From Perkinsela sp. CCAP 1560/9 (taxonomy: Eukaryota > Protista > Euglenozoa: Kinetoplastea), in assembly GCA_965644495.1 (NCBI GenBank), contig CBFFSA010000001.1, positions 2,542,001 to 2,606,000 on the forward strand: a stretch of 64,000 bases of DNA, given 5' to 3'. Below are positions 31,704 to 42,838 of this stretch, in pieces (position 1 is the stretch's first letter; each line of letters begins with the position of its first letter). The translations under genes were made by a program, and so were the position numbers. Under the pieces are notes generated by a model. That model was not told the DNA's origin. It saw nothing but the letters and a program-made list of their open reading frames with translations, and ran no database searches.

Positions 31704-34700
31704 CTATTGTAGTATTGAAAGCTCCCGTGCAGTATATTCAGATTTCAAAAGAACCGGATGATTTTCATCAACATGAAGTTCCTTATATATACAGTCCAGG
31801 TATATACAGTCCTTGTATATACAGTCCAGGTATTGGTTTCCCCCCCCCAGGCTCCTGAGCACACCGTAAGAGCTTTTGGCCTAATTCCTTCGGCATTCAA
31901 CGGATCTCGAAAAAGTAGAGCGTTTCCCGCCGTTTGTTTGCCCATCACCCCCCCTGGGTTCTGGGTGGGTGTGATCAAAGATGGCAAATTTCAAAAATAA
32001 AAATATTTTTGAAGGGGGGTAAAAAATGACAAAAAAGGTGTATGAATTCCTATATTAATACCCACAATGGTCTCCTTGAACGCTCTGCACTATTCGCAAG
32101 CGTTTAGGTACTGAATTTATGCAATTTAAGACTTGGCGTCGATAAGGATGACGCTTAAGCATCATGAAGGCTTTCTTTATTGCCTTCCGGAGCTGTGTTT
32201 CAGTCTCTGGCTTCAGAATTTCTTTCACAATTCGGTCCATTATTGACCAAACATTCTCGATCGGATTGAGGTCAGGAGAGTGCTGGCCACTCCAATCGAG
32301 TAATTCCTTTTTCGAAAAGGACACGCTTCGTATTGTTATGCGTGGCCGCATTGTCCATTTGCACAATCGCTTGTTCTCTATTTTCAACTAAATATTCAAG
32401 AATACCCCCCCTTTTTGAAAAACACTCAACGAGAATCGTTTCACCCTTCACGGAAACACGCGAAACAGTCCTGCGGTCACCTGAAGGCGGTTGCATTGGA
32501 TAGCGAAACAGGTGGCAGTGCGGAGGGCGTTGGCAGGATCAGACAACGCTTCGAAACGTGCACGAAACGCTGGTGTGTTTATCATTCGTCGAGCGCCGAA
32601 ACTCCTTTTCAGCTCCGTTTGGAATTCGACCAGTTTTCGTATGACGTTTTGAAAGCGAGCGAATTGCGACACGCGAAACAGTCCTGCAAGAGGGCAGAAA
32701 AGGTGACAAAGTGATGCGAAGTGATGCGTTGCTTACTGGCAACGTAGAATTTAAAAGTTTGAAGGGACATTAAGTTCCGAAAGATATGATAATGAAAAGT
32801 GTATCGATAAATTTAAGCTATATTAAGCCTCGCAGGCCTGGAAACGAATCCTCTAAAATTTTACATAAAATCACATTAGTAAGACATGCGCGATTCACGG
32901 AACTTGCATCCCTAATTTTTTTACCTTGCGATTGGGATGAAAACAAATGCAAAAAAGGGCCGTGTTTCACACTGATTCCCATCCATACCATGACACCTTT
33001 ACCACCAAACCATCGGTTGTTTCTCCTCATTTTAATTTTGGTACATCCTTTCTTTCCGATAAAAAAGCGAGAGTAAGTCTTTGAACCACACGTAATTTTT
33101 TTTTCGTCCGTCCAAATTATAGAATCTAATTTTTCTTTGGGAAAGGACAATAAAGACTCTGCTAGACTTAAGCGGGCCTCTTTGTGATGTTGCTTTAACT
33201 CGCAGCTAGGTGCTTTTGCTTGTAGTAGGTAATTTAATGAACGTAGAGTTTTCTTTATTGTGCTTAGAGAGCAATGAAACCCCTTTTTAATCATTTCGTT
33301 ATGTACCCAAGGAAGGGATGGGCAGCCATCGATTGTTTTGTTAGCATCGTCAACAACTTTGACGAGTGCCGCCCTGAATGGCTTCGTAGACACAGAGAAA
33401 CCAGGGCTTGGGTGGGGTTTGGGTTCTAGTGGACTTTTAGACTTCCACGTAGACAGAATTTCACGGACAGTCTTTCTGTCCCTGCCAAAAATTTTAGCTA
33501 AAGTATGAATCGAATTTCCTTTTCTATATTGGCGGACAATTTCAAGGCGCTCTGGGAGTGCACATCGCGAAGTTTTATGGGTAATAGGGGGTGTCTTGTT
33601 TTTCGGCGAGGTGGAGTACTTTTAGTAGATTTAACGGGGGTATCCCTCAAATTCATAGAATAAGAAACCATATTTGATAAAAAAAACTCCTAATTTTTTG
33701 AAATATTGGATTTTTTTGTTAAAATTATGCTATTTTTTCGTGTATTTTCAAAATATTTTTGACCCAGGGGGGGTGATGGGCAAAAAAACGACGAGAAACG
33801 CTCTACTTTTTCGAGATCTGTTGAATGTCGAAGGAATTAGGTCAAAAGCTCTTACGGTGTGCTCAGGAGCCTGGGGGGGGAAACCAGTACCTGGACTGTA
33901 TATAAATGTGCTTGCATCTGTTCCCTCTACGGCCGTCTGGACACGTGCATTGAGTTCCCCCAGTGCCAATATAGACGGTGTAACGGCGATCTGTGGCTCC
34001 TTGGACCTGGTACTTAAAGTCGCCTGTTTTCTCTCTTCCATACCTCCTTCGTAGTCGAATGTGCTCATTCAAAGCCCGGCCTAAGCGTGTCGTTGGAGCC
34101 CCTGGGACGGAATCATCGCTGGAGTCCTCAGAATCTTCTGATTCATCATCATTGCGAAGCTGTGTTGATATACCGTGATGATGAAATGATGGCATAGTAG
34201 TGTCAGACGAATGCCCTTTCATGATGACCATCAGTTTTTGAAATCGTTTTTGCACGGGTGTTTTGAAAAAAATGGATGTAATAAACCGGCCTCGGGCTTG
34301 GCAGGAGGTCAAATCCCTACCCCACGTGTGAAAGAATCGCTTGCAATAACCCTTAATAGAAGAATGCACCGCTTCAGCGTTGTTAGTATGGACCGTTACA
34401 TGAGGGGAGTGCTCCCTAGAAAACGCGTCTGCATGACATATAGTTAGATGTCGACAAAAGCTATCTTTCCTTGATACGCCCGCCATTCATCTGCAATAAC
34501 AAGGGAATTCCGGCTTGCTATCACTGATCGTACAAAGTCATAGCATACCACTCTTGTGCGCGTGAGAGTAATTTCCCAATGCGTTTGTATTGATTCTCCG
34601 CTTTGCTCATCAACTTCAGTTGCGGTCATAAACCAGAACTTACGTTTTCGAGTTTGGTGACCACGGTGGTGCAGCCGTTTACCAATATACATGTATGTCT

Positions 34701-35112
34701 CATCCACCATTAGATATCTCATGTGAGTCGGAGGAGCACGAGGAATACTGAAAACATGCTCTATTTCCTGAATATCCAGACCAAACTGGTTATTGCTCCG
34801 CCTGCTTTGCATTGATATATGGCTCAGCAAATTTCCTTGCGCAATAAGAAGCCAGCTACGGAATTTATCAACGATTCGGGTTTTGGTAGGAAAAAAGGGG
34901 CCGAATTCCGGAACTTTTAAACGGCACTTGGACCCGTCCTCAAGTTTTTTGAAGCAAGTTTGTTTCTGAGGCCGCTCTCCACAGCGAAAACAAGAAGTGT
35001 CCGCCCCGAATGAATGATTCTTCATCCACGGAACAACATTTTTAGCTGTTATCTGTAGAATCGAAGTCACCAATGCCAAACAGGCCAATGTTGGACACCC
35101 TGGACAGTCCAT
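31704..35112 (-). pseudogene. Merlin/IS1595 (ISXO2-type) transposase with C-terminal SWIM finger; frameshifted and interrupted by a Tc1-like element
   Basis: MDCPGC N-terminus, VDETY..GKR..RG, ADEWRAY, (frameshift ~34470) HLTICH..F, HTNNAEAVHSSIK, then YTVYI....CTCPD....RCKHI; a plausible continuation YKELHVDENHPVLL...REL lies beyond the Tc1 insertion (31787-31704). Confidence 0.8.
31822..33898 (-). mobile_element. Tc1/IS630-like DNA transposon with ~140-bp TIRs and TA target duplication; degenerate transposase
   Basis: TIR CAGTCCAGGTA(T/C)TGGTTTCCCCCC...CCCCTGGGT at 31822-~31960, inverted at ~33761-33898, flanked by TA; transposase pieces: HTH, WTDEKK, VMVW.GIS, MDNAATH, WP..SPDLNPIENVW; frameshifts and a ~440-bp insert (~32443-32882). 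Confidence 0.92.
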
Positions 35113-35724
35113 GTAGACGAAATCAATGTGGAAATACTAAACGAACCTACAAGATGTACTCAAAAATACGAAAAACAAGTGTAAAAACCAAAAATCAATA
35201 TATTTTTTCTATAAAAAAAAGCGTCAATTTAGGGTACATTTTTGCCGGATAATAGCCAAATATGTTTTAGGAGTCGATTTTAGAAAAATAATATTTTTAC
35301 TTTTCTTTTGGTTTTTTTAGGAATTTCGAACTTGTCGGGCCCCTCCTGCGCGTACCAGGGGGGGTCACCCCCAAGTGGGGGTTATCGCCGCGGCGTACTC
35401 TAACACTTCCCTTCCCTGGATTTCGAAACATAAATTTTTTAAAGAGCATATGCCCCCCCTGGACCCCCCATTTTTTTCAATTTTGTTTTTCAATGTTTGG
35501 ACCTACGACGACTATGTTGTATGCCGGATGACTATGTTGCCGGGGACTATGCTGTATGCCGCGTGACGCTTCGCGAGGAAGGCATTGCAAAGTTAATCCT
35601 CGACCTCATCACGTATCATGGTGTGAGGCTTGGTGCACATAAAAAAGAAACCATGTGACGAAGTAAGCTCTCGAACTGCAATCAAAACAAGGCAAATACT
35701 AGAAATTTAAGACTTTTAACACAT

Positions 35725-36448
35725 GAGGGGCTGCGGGTGAAACCTCGGTGAAACCTCGCGAAACCTCAGTGAAACCTCGTGAAACTTCGATGAAACCTCG
35801 GTGAAACCTCGTGAAACCTCGGTGAAACCTCGCGAAACCCAGCTAAAATCCCCCAAAGCCATGCCCAAATGTTTGTCGTCCAACACCTCAGCAAATATAA
35901 TAGAAATACAGCAATAATCTTTCAAATCTTCAAAACGTCTTTCAAAAATCGGTTCAGCAACGCCACAATCACGACTACACAGGCATTCGTTCTCTTCATT
36001 GAAATTTTTAAGAGATCTATTAATGTATGTGGCATACTCATACTGAGGATTCACACACAATGATCCATACATGAGAACCAATACAATCTGCACCGCATCT
36101 TTTATTTTTCAAAAGGGTCAGAAGACGTGAAAAAGGAGTTCTTTGTCTTACAATTGCTTTACTCTATACTATTTAACTTTAATTATTAAAATTACTATTT
36201 TTAAAATGTGACAAATATCTAGGGGGGTGGTGGACGAAAAAAAAATCGAAGTGCCCAAAAGTGACTGATAACTAGGGGGGGGGGGGGTGATTGATAACTA
36301 AGGGGGTACAGTATGTGTGTACATAAATATAATAAAAGGCATATATAATCATTATTTTCCGGTGATCACCCCTACAAAATTATTGTGCATGCGAAACCTC
36401 GGTGAAACCTCGCGAAACCTCGTGAAACCTCGCGACCCGCAGCCCCTC
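35725..36448. mobile_element. Non-autonomous TIR element, GAG...CTC ends, 4-bp TSD (Sola-like)
   Basis: 14-bp perfect TIR GAGGGGCTGCGGGT/ACCCGCAGCCCCTC; ACAT on both flanks; subterminal GAAACCTCG tandem repeats at both ends. Confidence 0.82.
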
Positions 36449-36823
36449 ACATATCTAACATAATTTTCTTACTTTTTTGGCAAAAAACAGGTTTTAGCAC
36501 AAGGTACATGCTGGATGTCACGCACAAGTAACTGAGGAGTTACGTCGCGAAGCGGCGCCGATTTTTTTTCCACATGGGACATTTTTTCTCCGCTGCAGTC
36601 CTCGTTAACAGCAGATTATTGCCCATTTCTGCCATATTCTGCCGATCACCACAGACGCGTGCCCCCCCCTCTTAATCGGATCACCTTCCGCAGTTTTGAA
36701 ATATCCTTTGCGCGCGCCCAATGGCCTTGGAACCCCGAAGTATTGCATAGATATACAAAGAGAGGCAGCACCGAAGGTTAAAATCAGATGAACCAAAAAA
36801 TCAATCAGAATTACCAACTAATA

Positions 36824-36990
36824 CTCGTGCGGGCGGCCGTACAAGACTGGTACCGCCGCGGTGTACGGGGATAGCTGGGCGGGGAGTTCAGGGGGGGTAT
36901 TACAAAAAAAAAGTAAAAAAATGTTTTTAATATTCCTATACCTCGTAATATTCCTATACCCTCTTAATATTCCTACCAGGAATATTAACT
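36824..36990 (+). mobile_element. Extreme 3' remnant of a CRE-like non-LTR retrotransposon
   Basis: Encodes LVRAAVQDWYRRGVRG*, matching the C-terminus IVQAAVQDWYRRGVR* at 38938-38985; followed by a similar G-rich then AT-rich tail. Confidence 0.72.
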
Positions 36991-37283
36991 CGGTAACAGT
37001 GGTTTATAAAAACAATTATAAACAAATTCCCTTTTCACTGAAATTTTCATACGCTATAGCCATAGTACGGAGCTGCACTCCTAACTAACACACATAGGAC
37101 GTTGTTAGAAATTATGGAAGATCAGTTTTTTCCATTCATTGCGGTTCAGGATCGGAAGTCGAAAATCGTCATCGAGCACTCTTCATTATTGGCAATAAAG
37201 GTACACTCTTTGGTACGCATTCTGTGAATACCTCCGACAATAAAGATTAGCTTTTATTGACGACGCATCAGTTCCTTATTTTT

Positions 37284-38213
37284 ATGGGTTCCGGGGAGAA
37301 CGTTACGGAAAATATTGTCCAAATGGACACCGTACTGGTTCTTCATTTTATAAGATGCGCCACACATTTTTTTGGAGCCGATACTGGAACATTTGAAGTT
37401 CCAGAGCACGATTCTCTAGTCTCGTACATAGACGTATCGCAGTGTTGTTTACGATGCACTATACGGATTCTTCATTATCTGTATTGTCAAACACTTGATA
37501 CGGGGGGGAGGGCACGGACTTTCTTTCCGGTTACAAAACGTACTCATTTATTTTGTAAGAAGCACGATCCTGCATGGACATCCCTATCAATAGACGAATT
37601 CCGAAGACAGTTTCGGTTGACTAAGCCAAAAGATTATCTTGAAAAAGCATTTTGCATTGAACAGAACTGCAACGAAAATAATACCTTAGTGTCATCTTAT
37701 TTTAATGCACGAAACAGCCTTCCGAAGTTTTATGATTTTGTCGCTGTGGGTGGTACCTTTGATCGCCTACATGAGGGACATAAACTTCTGCTAACAACTG
37801 CCGCTCTTATTACGACTGGGAACCTTCGTGTAGGCGTAACGTCTGGGCCACTTCTGCTGGGGAAAAAGCACTTTGAGAAAATTCAACAGTGGCCAATTCG
37901 GGCCTCTCAGGTTCAACGTTTCCTAAAAGATTTAAGATGTGATCTGGAAGTGAATGTTATTGAGCTTGTAGATCCTTTTGGTGGTACAGATCGAAATAAA
38001 GAATTAGAAGCTATTGTAGTTACTCCTGAGACTACGAAAACAGCAAACATGATCAATGAACAAAGAATTTGTTTTGGCCTGTTTCCTTTGGATGTTATTA
38101 CTGTTCCGATGGTAAAACGTCTGAAAAATGCAGATAATAGTACGCATTCCTTTATCAGCAGCACGCTCCTTCGAGAGAGTGAAGCCTCGCAGCTTGGTAA
38201 TATGAAATCCTAA
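37284..38213 (+). CDS. Phosphopantetheine adenylyltransferase (eukaryotic PPAT, Cab4-like)
   Basis: VGGTFDRLHEGHKLLL (HxGH), DPFGGT, AIVVTPET, INEQR..GL.PL, ISST.LR. Confidence 0.9.
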   Translation: MGSGENVTENIVQMDTVLVLHFIRCATHFFGADTGTFEVPEHDSLVSYIDVSQCCLRCTIRILHYLYCQTLDTGGRARTFFPVTKRTHLFCKKHDPAWTSLSIDEFRRQFRLTKPKDYLEKAFCIEQNCNENNTLVSSYFNARNSLPKFYDFVAVGGTFDRLHEGHKLLLTTAALITTGNLRVGVTSGPLLLGKKHFEKIQQWPIRASQVQRFLKDLRCDLEVNVIELVDPFGGTDRNKELEAIVVTPETTKTANMINEQRICFGLFPLDVITVPMVKRLKNADNSTHSFISSTLLRESEASQLGNMKS

Positions 38214-38272
38214 AGTTCGATTATTAAAATTCATTTTTCTAGACATAAGAAACACTTGAAGGTCGTTCATCC

Positions 38273-39100
38273 ATGTTGCGTATCTACAAACGCCTGTCCA
38301 GGGAAACGAAAAGAATCAAGCGATGCACAGAAGAATACAATACTACATGCGGGACCCCGAGTGGGAAACAGCGGCCCGCCTTCGGTACTTGGTCTCCCCG
38401 ACCTCCGAACCTGAACTACAGTGCGTGTGCGGCGCCACCCTCAGGAACGAGGATTTTTGCGTCCACGCGCTGGACTGCAAGAAGGTCAGAGGCAAGACCC
38501 AAGCCTCCCGACATAAAGTAGTTAAGGAAACCTTCCGAAACCTCCTAATCAACTGTGGTTTCTCCCCAGACCTTTGCGAACCCAGGTTTGACAACGGTCG
38601 AGGCCCTGACATATGCTTCCAACTGGGCCGGAAGCTCGCCCTTGTGGACGTCACCGTGGTCAACCCACTGGCCCCGTCCTGCGTAGATAAGGAGGCCGCC
38701 CATCCCTCTTATACACTGAGGATGGCGGAAGGCAACAAGCGCCGCGCCCATGACGAGATGGCGGCCGCCAGAGGGATGGATTTTTTCCCCCTGGCCTTCA
38801 CCACCTATGGGGTGCCTGGCCCAGAGACCCTCAATTTTCTCAATAGGGTGGCCAGAGCACACACGTCCGACAGGGCCGGATGTCTCTCTCACCTTCTGAT
38901 GGCTATGGGAGTAGCCATCCAGAGGGGCAATGCCCAGATAGTGCAAGCGGCGGTACAGGATTGGTACCGTCGCGGGGTGCGCTAACTGGGGTAGGAGCGG
39001 GGGGTGAAAATATAATATTAAATATTATTTAATACGTGTCTCATATTCTATAATCTACCTTTAATAAATAATATACCTTTATTGTATAATACAATAACAA
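38273..39100 (+). mobile_element. 5'-truncated CRE/SLACS/CZAR-clade non-LTR retrotransposon (zinc knuckle + restriction-like endonuclease)
   Basis: CVCG..HALDC, RHKVV, EPR...PDI...VDVTVVNP, AEGNK, FFPLAFTTYG, AIQRGN; GC-rich relative to the flanks; AT-rich tail. Confidence 0.85.
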
Positions 39101-39188
39101 TGGAAGAGTCTTTTTTAATTAATTTTTCGTATATCAAAGCCTTAGATATCGTCTTTTTCAGTTCATACTCACAATTTCTTTGCCTAAA

Positions 39189-40610
39189 ATGCATAAGACA
39201 ATGATAACTGGAACAGTCTCATGCAGAAAAGATAAAGCTATAGCACAACCTGCTGTCTTAAAAATCGCTTCTAGCGCACATTTGCAAGCTTCGTCCTCCA
39301 CCACTTTTCCTGAATCTGATCGGAAAACGTATGCCGAAACCGTTTTAAACCGCAAGAGAATGCATAAACTTGGGAGTCCGACGGGGGATGACAAGGCTAT
39401 AGGAGGACAAGTAATGGAAAAGCAATGCTTACCAACCTTGATCAATGCAAACAGCAATGAAATTTCTGAGTCTCACGAAGGCCAGGAAGGAAAAAAGCCG
39501 AAAGGGACTTTTCCAGTCCCTCATCAATCCACAGATGAAGGGCACTACTATGTAGTTCTTGGGGAGAATCTTGATCAACAGAACAGATACAAGATTATTA
39601 GTTATCTCGGTCACGGTACCTTCGGAAAAGTTGTAGAGGCATGGGATCGGCAGAAGCGCGAATTTTGCGCCATAAAGATAGTGCGACACACCGAAAAATA
39701 TACTAGAGACGCTCGCATCGAGGCGCACTATATGGAACGTATTGCAAGGGCTGACCCATATGATGAATATGGCTTTGTACAATTGCGCAGATACTTTGTA
39801 CATTCTCAAGGTAACATGTGTCTTGTTATGCCACGGCATGGAAAATCTCTTTTGAGCGTTACCCACCGCTTCGGTCCTCTGCCCTTGGCATACGCTGCCC
39901 AAATTGCTCAACAGTTGGGGCATGCACTTCACTTTCTACACATAAAGGCGGGATACGTGCATACCGACTTGAAACCTGAGAATATTTTACTGGATGAACC
40001 TTTGCCACGGGGCGCTCGTCTTCCTGCCACTTTCAAGATACGGATATGCGACCTCGGCGGGTGTAGCGACGCTAAGCACGCCGCAAAGGGGACAGTGGTT
40101 ACCACGAGACACTACCGGGCCCCAGAGGTGATCTTAGGACTTGGGTGGTCGTATGCTGCAGACATATGGAGCGTGGGCTGTATCTTATATGAAATAGTTA
40201 CAGGAAAATTGTTGTACAACACCCACGATGATCTGGAGCATCTTTATATGATGCAAGTGACACATGGTCCTCTCCCGCGTGATTGGGCAGAACGCTGTCA
40301 CTCTCGCGCCCGGTCCTGTTTCATGTCCGATGGCTCCGGGGACCTGTGCCCTCTCCCATGTTCCGAGAGACTTTCCGAGCTGTCGAGCATTGAGAGCAAA
40401 GTACGTGACCCCAACCTTGTTCGTCTCATACAGGACTGTCTTACTCTCGATCCCTCTTGTCGGGTCACCGCTGAGCGTCTGGCATGTCACCCAGCAGTTC
40501 AGATGGCACTCTCCTCGCTACCCGAGTCGGAGGTCCTCCAGGCTTTCTCGCTCTTTGAGTCTTCTTTGCATCCACGGCGGCTCGTGCCGGTGTCCCAGCC
40601 CTCAGGGTAG
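39189..40610 (+). CDS. CLK kinase KKT10/KKT19-like
   Basis: PHQSTDEGHYYVVLGE, VVEAWDR.KRE.CAIKIVR..KYTRDARIE, HTDLKPEN, ICDLGGC, TRHYRAPE, THDDLEHL, all characteristic of kinetoplastid CLK1/2. Confidence 0.9.
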   Translation: MHKTMITGTVSCRKDKAIAQPAVLKIASSAHLQASSSTTFPESDRKTYAETVLNRKRMHKLGSPTGDDKAIGGQVMEKQCLPTLINANSNEISESHEGQEGKKPKGTFPVPHQSTDEGHYYVVLGENLDQQNRYKIISYLGHGTFGKVVEAWDRQKREFCAIKIVRHTEKYTRDARIEAHYMERIARADPYDEYGFVQLRRYFVHSQGNMCLVMPRHGKSLLSVTHRFGPLPLAYAAQIAQQLGHALHFLHIKAGYVHTDLKPENILLDEPLPRGARLPATFKIRICDLGGCSDAKHAAKGTVVTTRHYRAPEVILGLGWSYAADIWSVGCILYEIVTGKLLYNTHDDLEHLYMMQVTHGPLPRDWAERCHSRARSCFMSDGSGDLCPLPCSERLSELSSIESKVRDPNLVRLIQDCLTLDPSCRVTAERLACHPAVQMALSSLPESEVLQAFSLFESSLHPRRLVPVSQPSG

Positions 40611-41181
40611 TTTCCAAGTGTGCAATAGAGCAGAATAAATATAGAGCGTGCATCCTACTTTCCCGTAAGGATGCATCCGTTCGACAAAGAAAGAGCCGTG
40701 CTTTATTCCTGTAAAGTTAAGTTTCCGAACGCGAGTTACAGCCGACATGGAAAAAGGGGCTCTTTTGCGGATGCACTATGACTTCAGTAGATTTCACTTT
40801 AGATCTACTTTAGAATAGACACTGCAGAATCTTCTCACACACCAATGATTATTCATAGTTATTCTAGCTTGCCTCACGATAGCGCCTAAATATACAGCGC
40901 TCTTCTATTGGCTGCTTTGTTTCTATTATATGCGTTTCGGGGGACAGAAAAGGTCTCTCTTGATCTCATGCTATTTCTTAAATGTTTTAGTGCATCGAAT
41001 AGTCATGGGTGTAGAAAGACATTCACTTCTTTAAACTACACACTGCTCATGATACATGTATATTCTACATGTATACAAGAAGATGACATTATCTGTTATG
41101 AATCATTATCTGTTTATAAGTAGCGAAAGTTACTTAGTAATTCACATCATTCGATTTAATTACTACCTACAAAATCCTGCA

Positions 41182-42693
41182 ATGACAGAGCCCACATCCA
41201 TGTTACCACTTCAGGGTACTAACTTAACAAGTTACGTTACCGTGACCGAACATGATTTGACCGACGTAATGAAATCCTCGAAATGGGGCATTGCTCCCCT
41301 TCTCGATGACACACTTCTTTCACAGATTACTCATCTACAAAGGCAGCAAGGCCATCTCATAGTGCTGATTTATTTGCTAAAGGATTTCACTATAGGCCAT
41401 GCTCACATGATTTCTCAAATTAAACCTCGAGGCGAGTTGTCTCAGGAATACACGTCACTACCTTTACCAGAGCATTGGCAATATATTTTTAAGATCAAAT
41501 GGGTGGGTGTCTCGTGCATTGATATTACAAGAGTTGATTCGATGATACCAGATGCACTGCAGGATTCTTGGGCATCTCGACCCGATGTGTCGCTCGTGCC
41601 AGAGATTGTGGGAGCTGATATTTGTTCGCTGCTCTCTGCTGCAAGCGACCCTCGGCAGTATTGGAGAAAAGGCGCGCCAAAATCTCTTACAAAGTACGAC
41701 TCATATGAGAAATATATGCAACAAATGAATTCGTCTGATAAAAGTGATCTACTTGCGTCTCACATGGCGAAGTCTGTTGATACCTCAATGGATATTGATG
41801 AACGTTCCGACATAAAAGCTCTTGTAAGTGAATACAATAGGACCCGGAAAACCAAAGCGTGGTCATTCAGTGATATTGAGTCCACTTTTATTTCCCTGGT
41901 TCGAGATATGAAGGGTGTGACTGTTGCATTTGAAATTGTGGGAAAAGAGAGAGAAAAAGATGTGTTGGAACGCTGCGTTCGTGCTCTTGAGCATACCTTT
42001 GTCGCCGAAGCCTCGGTCTCACATGCCTCAATATTTTGCGAGCAACTCATATTCTGGTGCAAAGGGAAGAATCTTCTTCTCAAAAGATTAGCACAATCCA
42101 TAAAAGGAAACATACACAAGCTTTTATTACAATCGCACAGTACTAGAGTACTTCGAGCAGCTGTCGTTGTTTTTCCCTCTCCCGGAAGAGAGCTTATTGC
42201 ACGTGAGATACGGGCAATTCTTAAAGAGTCTCACACCTCCCTTTCTCCACATACAGTTTCAGTAGCTAGGGACTTGCTGCATTTTCATGCAAAATTTCTT
42301 TCTGCAATTGCGGAGGATTTGTTGGAGGAAGATCAAAACGTCCATGGTTTGATGACCGATATTTCTCTTGTTCGCGATTTTCTGGATTGTTGGAAAAACG
42401 TATCTGATGATGCTTCCCGTTATAAAATCTTGAATTATTTGTGTCGACGTCTCCCTAAATATCTAGGCCACGTGCCAACTCTTCTAGAATACATTTTGCC
42501 CTTAATAGAGGATGCCACCAAGATCTCGATTGAGGAAGTAAATCACTTACAAGTAGAGTTACTCAAATCTTATTTAGAGGCGGAACAATGTAGAGAAAAA
42601 CTTCCGTTAGCTACTGTGGACGCACTTACGGAAGGGAAACAGCATTTGTTTAATACTTGCCACACCTCATTCAAGCCTCTTTTTTCATTTTAG
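41182..42693 (+). CDS. Putative RNA-binding protein: divergent YTH-like domain + helical Pumilio-like repeats
   Basis: KSSKWGI, IVLIYL..F.IGHAHMIS, FKIKWV, SRPDVSLVPEIVGADICSLL follow YTH order; SIKGNIHKLLLQSHSTRVLR resembles a PUF repeat. Confidence 0.5.
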   Translation: MTEPTSMLPLQGTNLTSYVTVTEHDLTDVMKSSKWGIAPLLDDTLLSQITHLQRQQGHLIVLIYLLKDFTIGHAHMISQIKPRGELSQEYTSLPLPEHWQYIFKIKWVGVSCIDITRVDSMIPDALQDSWASRPDVSLVPEIVGADICSLLSAASDPRQYWRKGAPKSLTKYDSYEKYMQQMNSSDKSDLLASHMAKSVDTSMDIDERSDIKALVSEYNRTRKTKAWSFSDIESTFISLVRDMKGVTVAFEIVGKEREKDVLERCVRALEHTFVAEASVSHASIFCEQLIFWCKGKNLLLKRLAQSIKGNIHKLLLQSHSTRVLRAAVVVFPSPGRELIAREIRAILKESHTSLSPHTVSVARDLLHFHAKFLSAIAEDLLEEDQNVHGLMTDISLVRDFLDCWKNVSDDASRYKILNYLCRRLPKYLGHVPTLLEYILPLIEDATKISIEEVNHLQVELLKSYLEAEQCREKLPLATVDALTEGKQHLFNTCHTSFKPLFSF

Positions 42694-42838
42694 TGGTACA
42701 AAAATCCCGTATCTGAAAGTTTGAGATGCAATACCCACGGCGTCACACTCCCTTTTTGAAAAACGATTAAACGCAGAAATTAAAACTTTCCTAGCTTTTC
42801 TTCCTCCTTCACTTTCGACACTTTACCCTTCTCATTCC

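Noticed and set aside
31320-35720. TIRs/TSD for the Merlin-SWIM element
   Set aside because: No convincing inverted GG...CC pair with an 8-9-bp duplication found by eye.
36815-36826. AACTAA as a spliced-leader target remnant before the CRE fragment
   Set aside because: Only a 6-nt match to the SL 5' end; no remainder of an SL exon or intron nearby.
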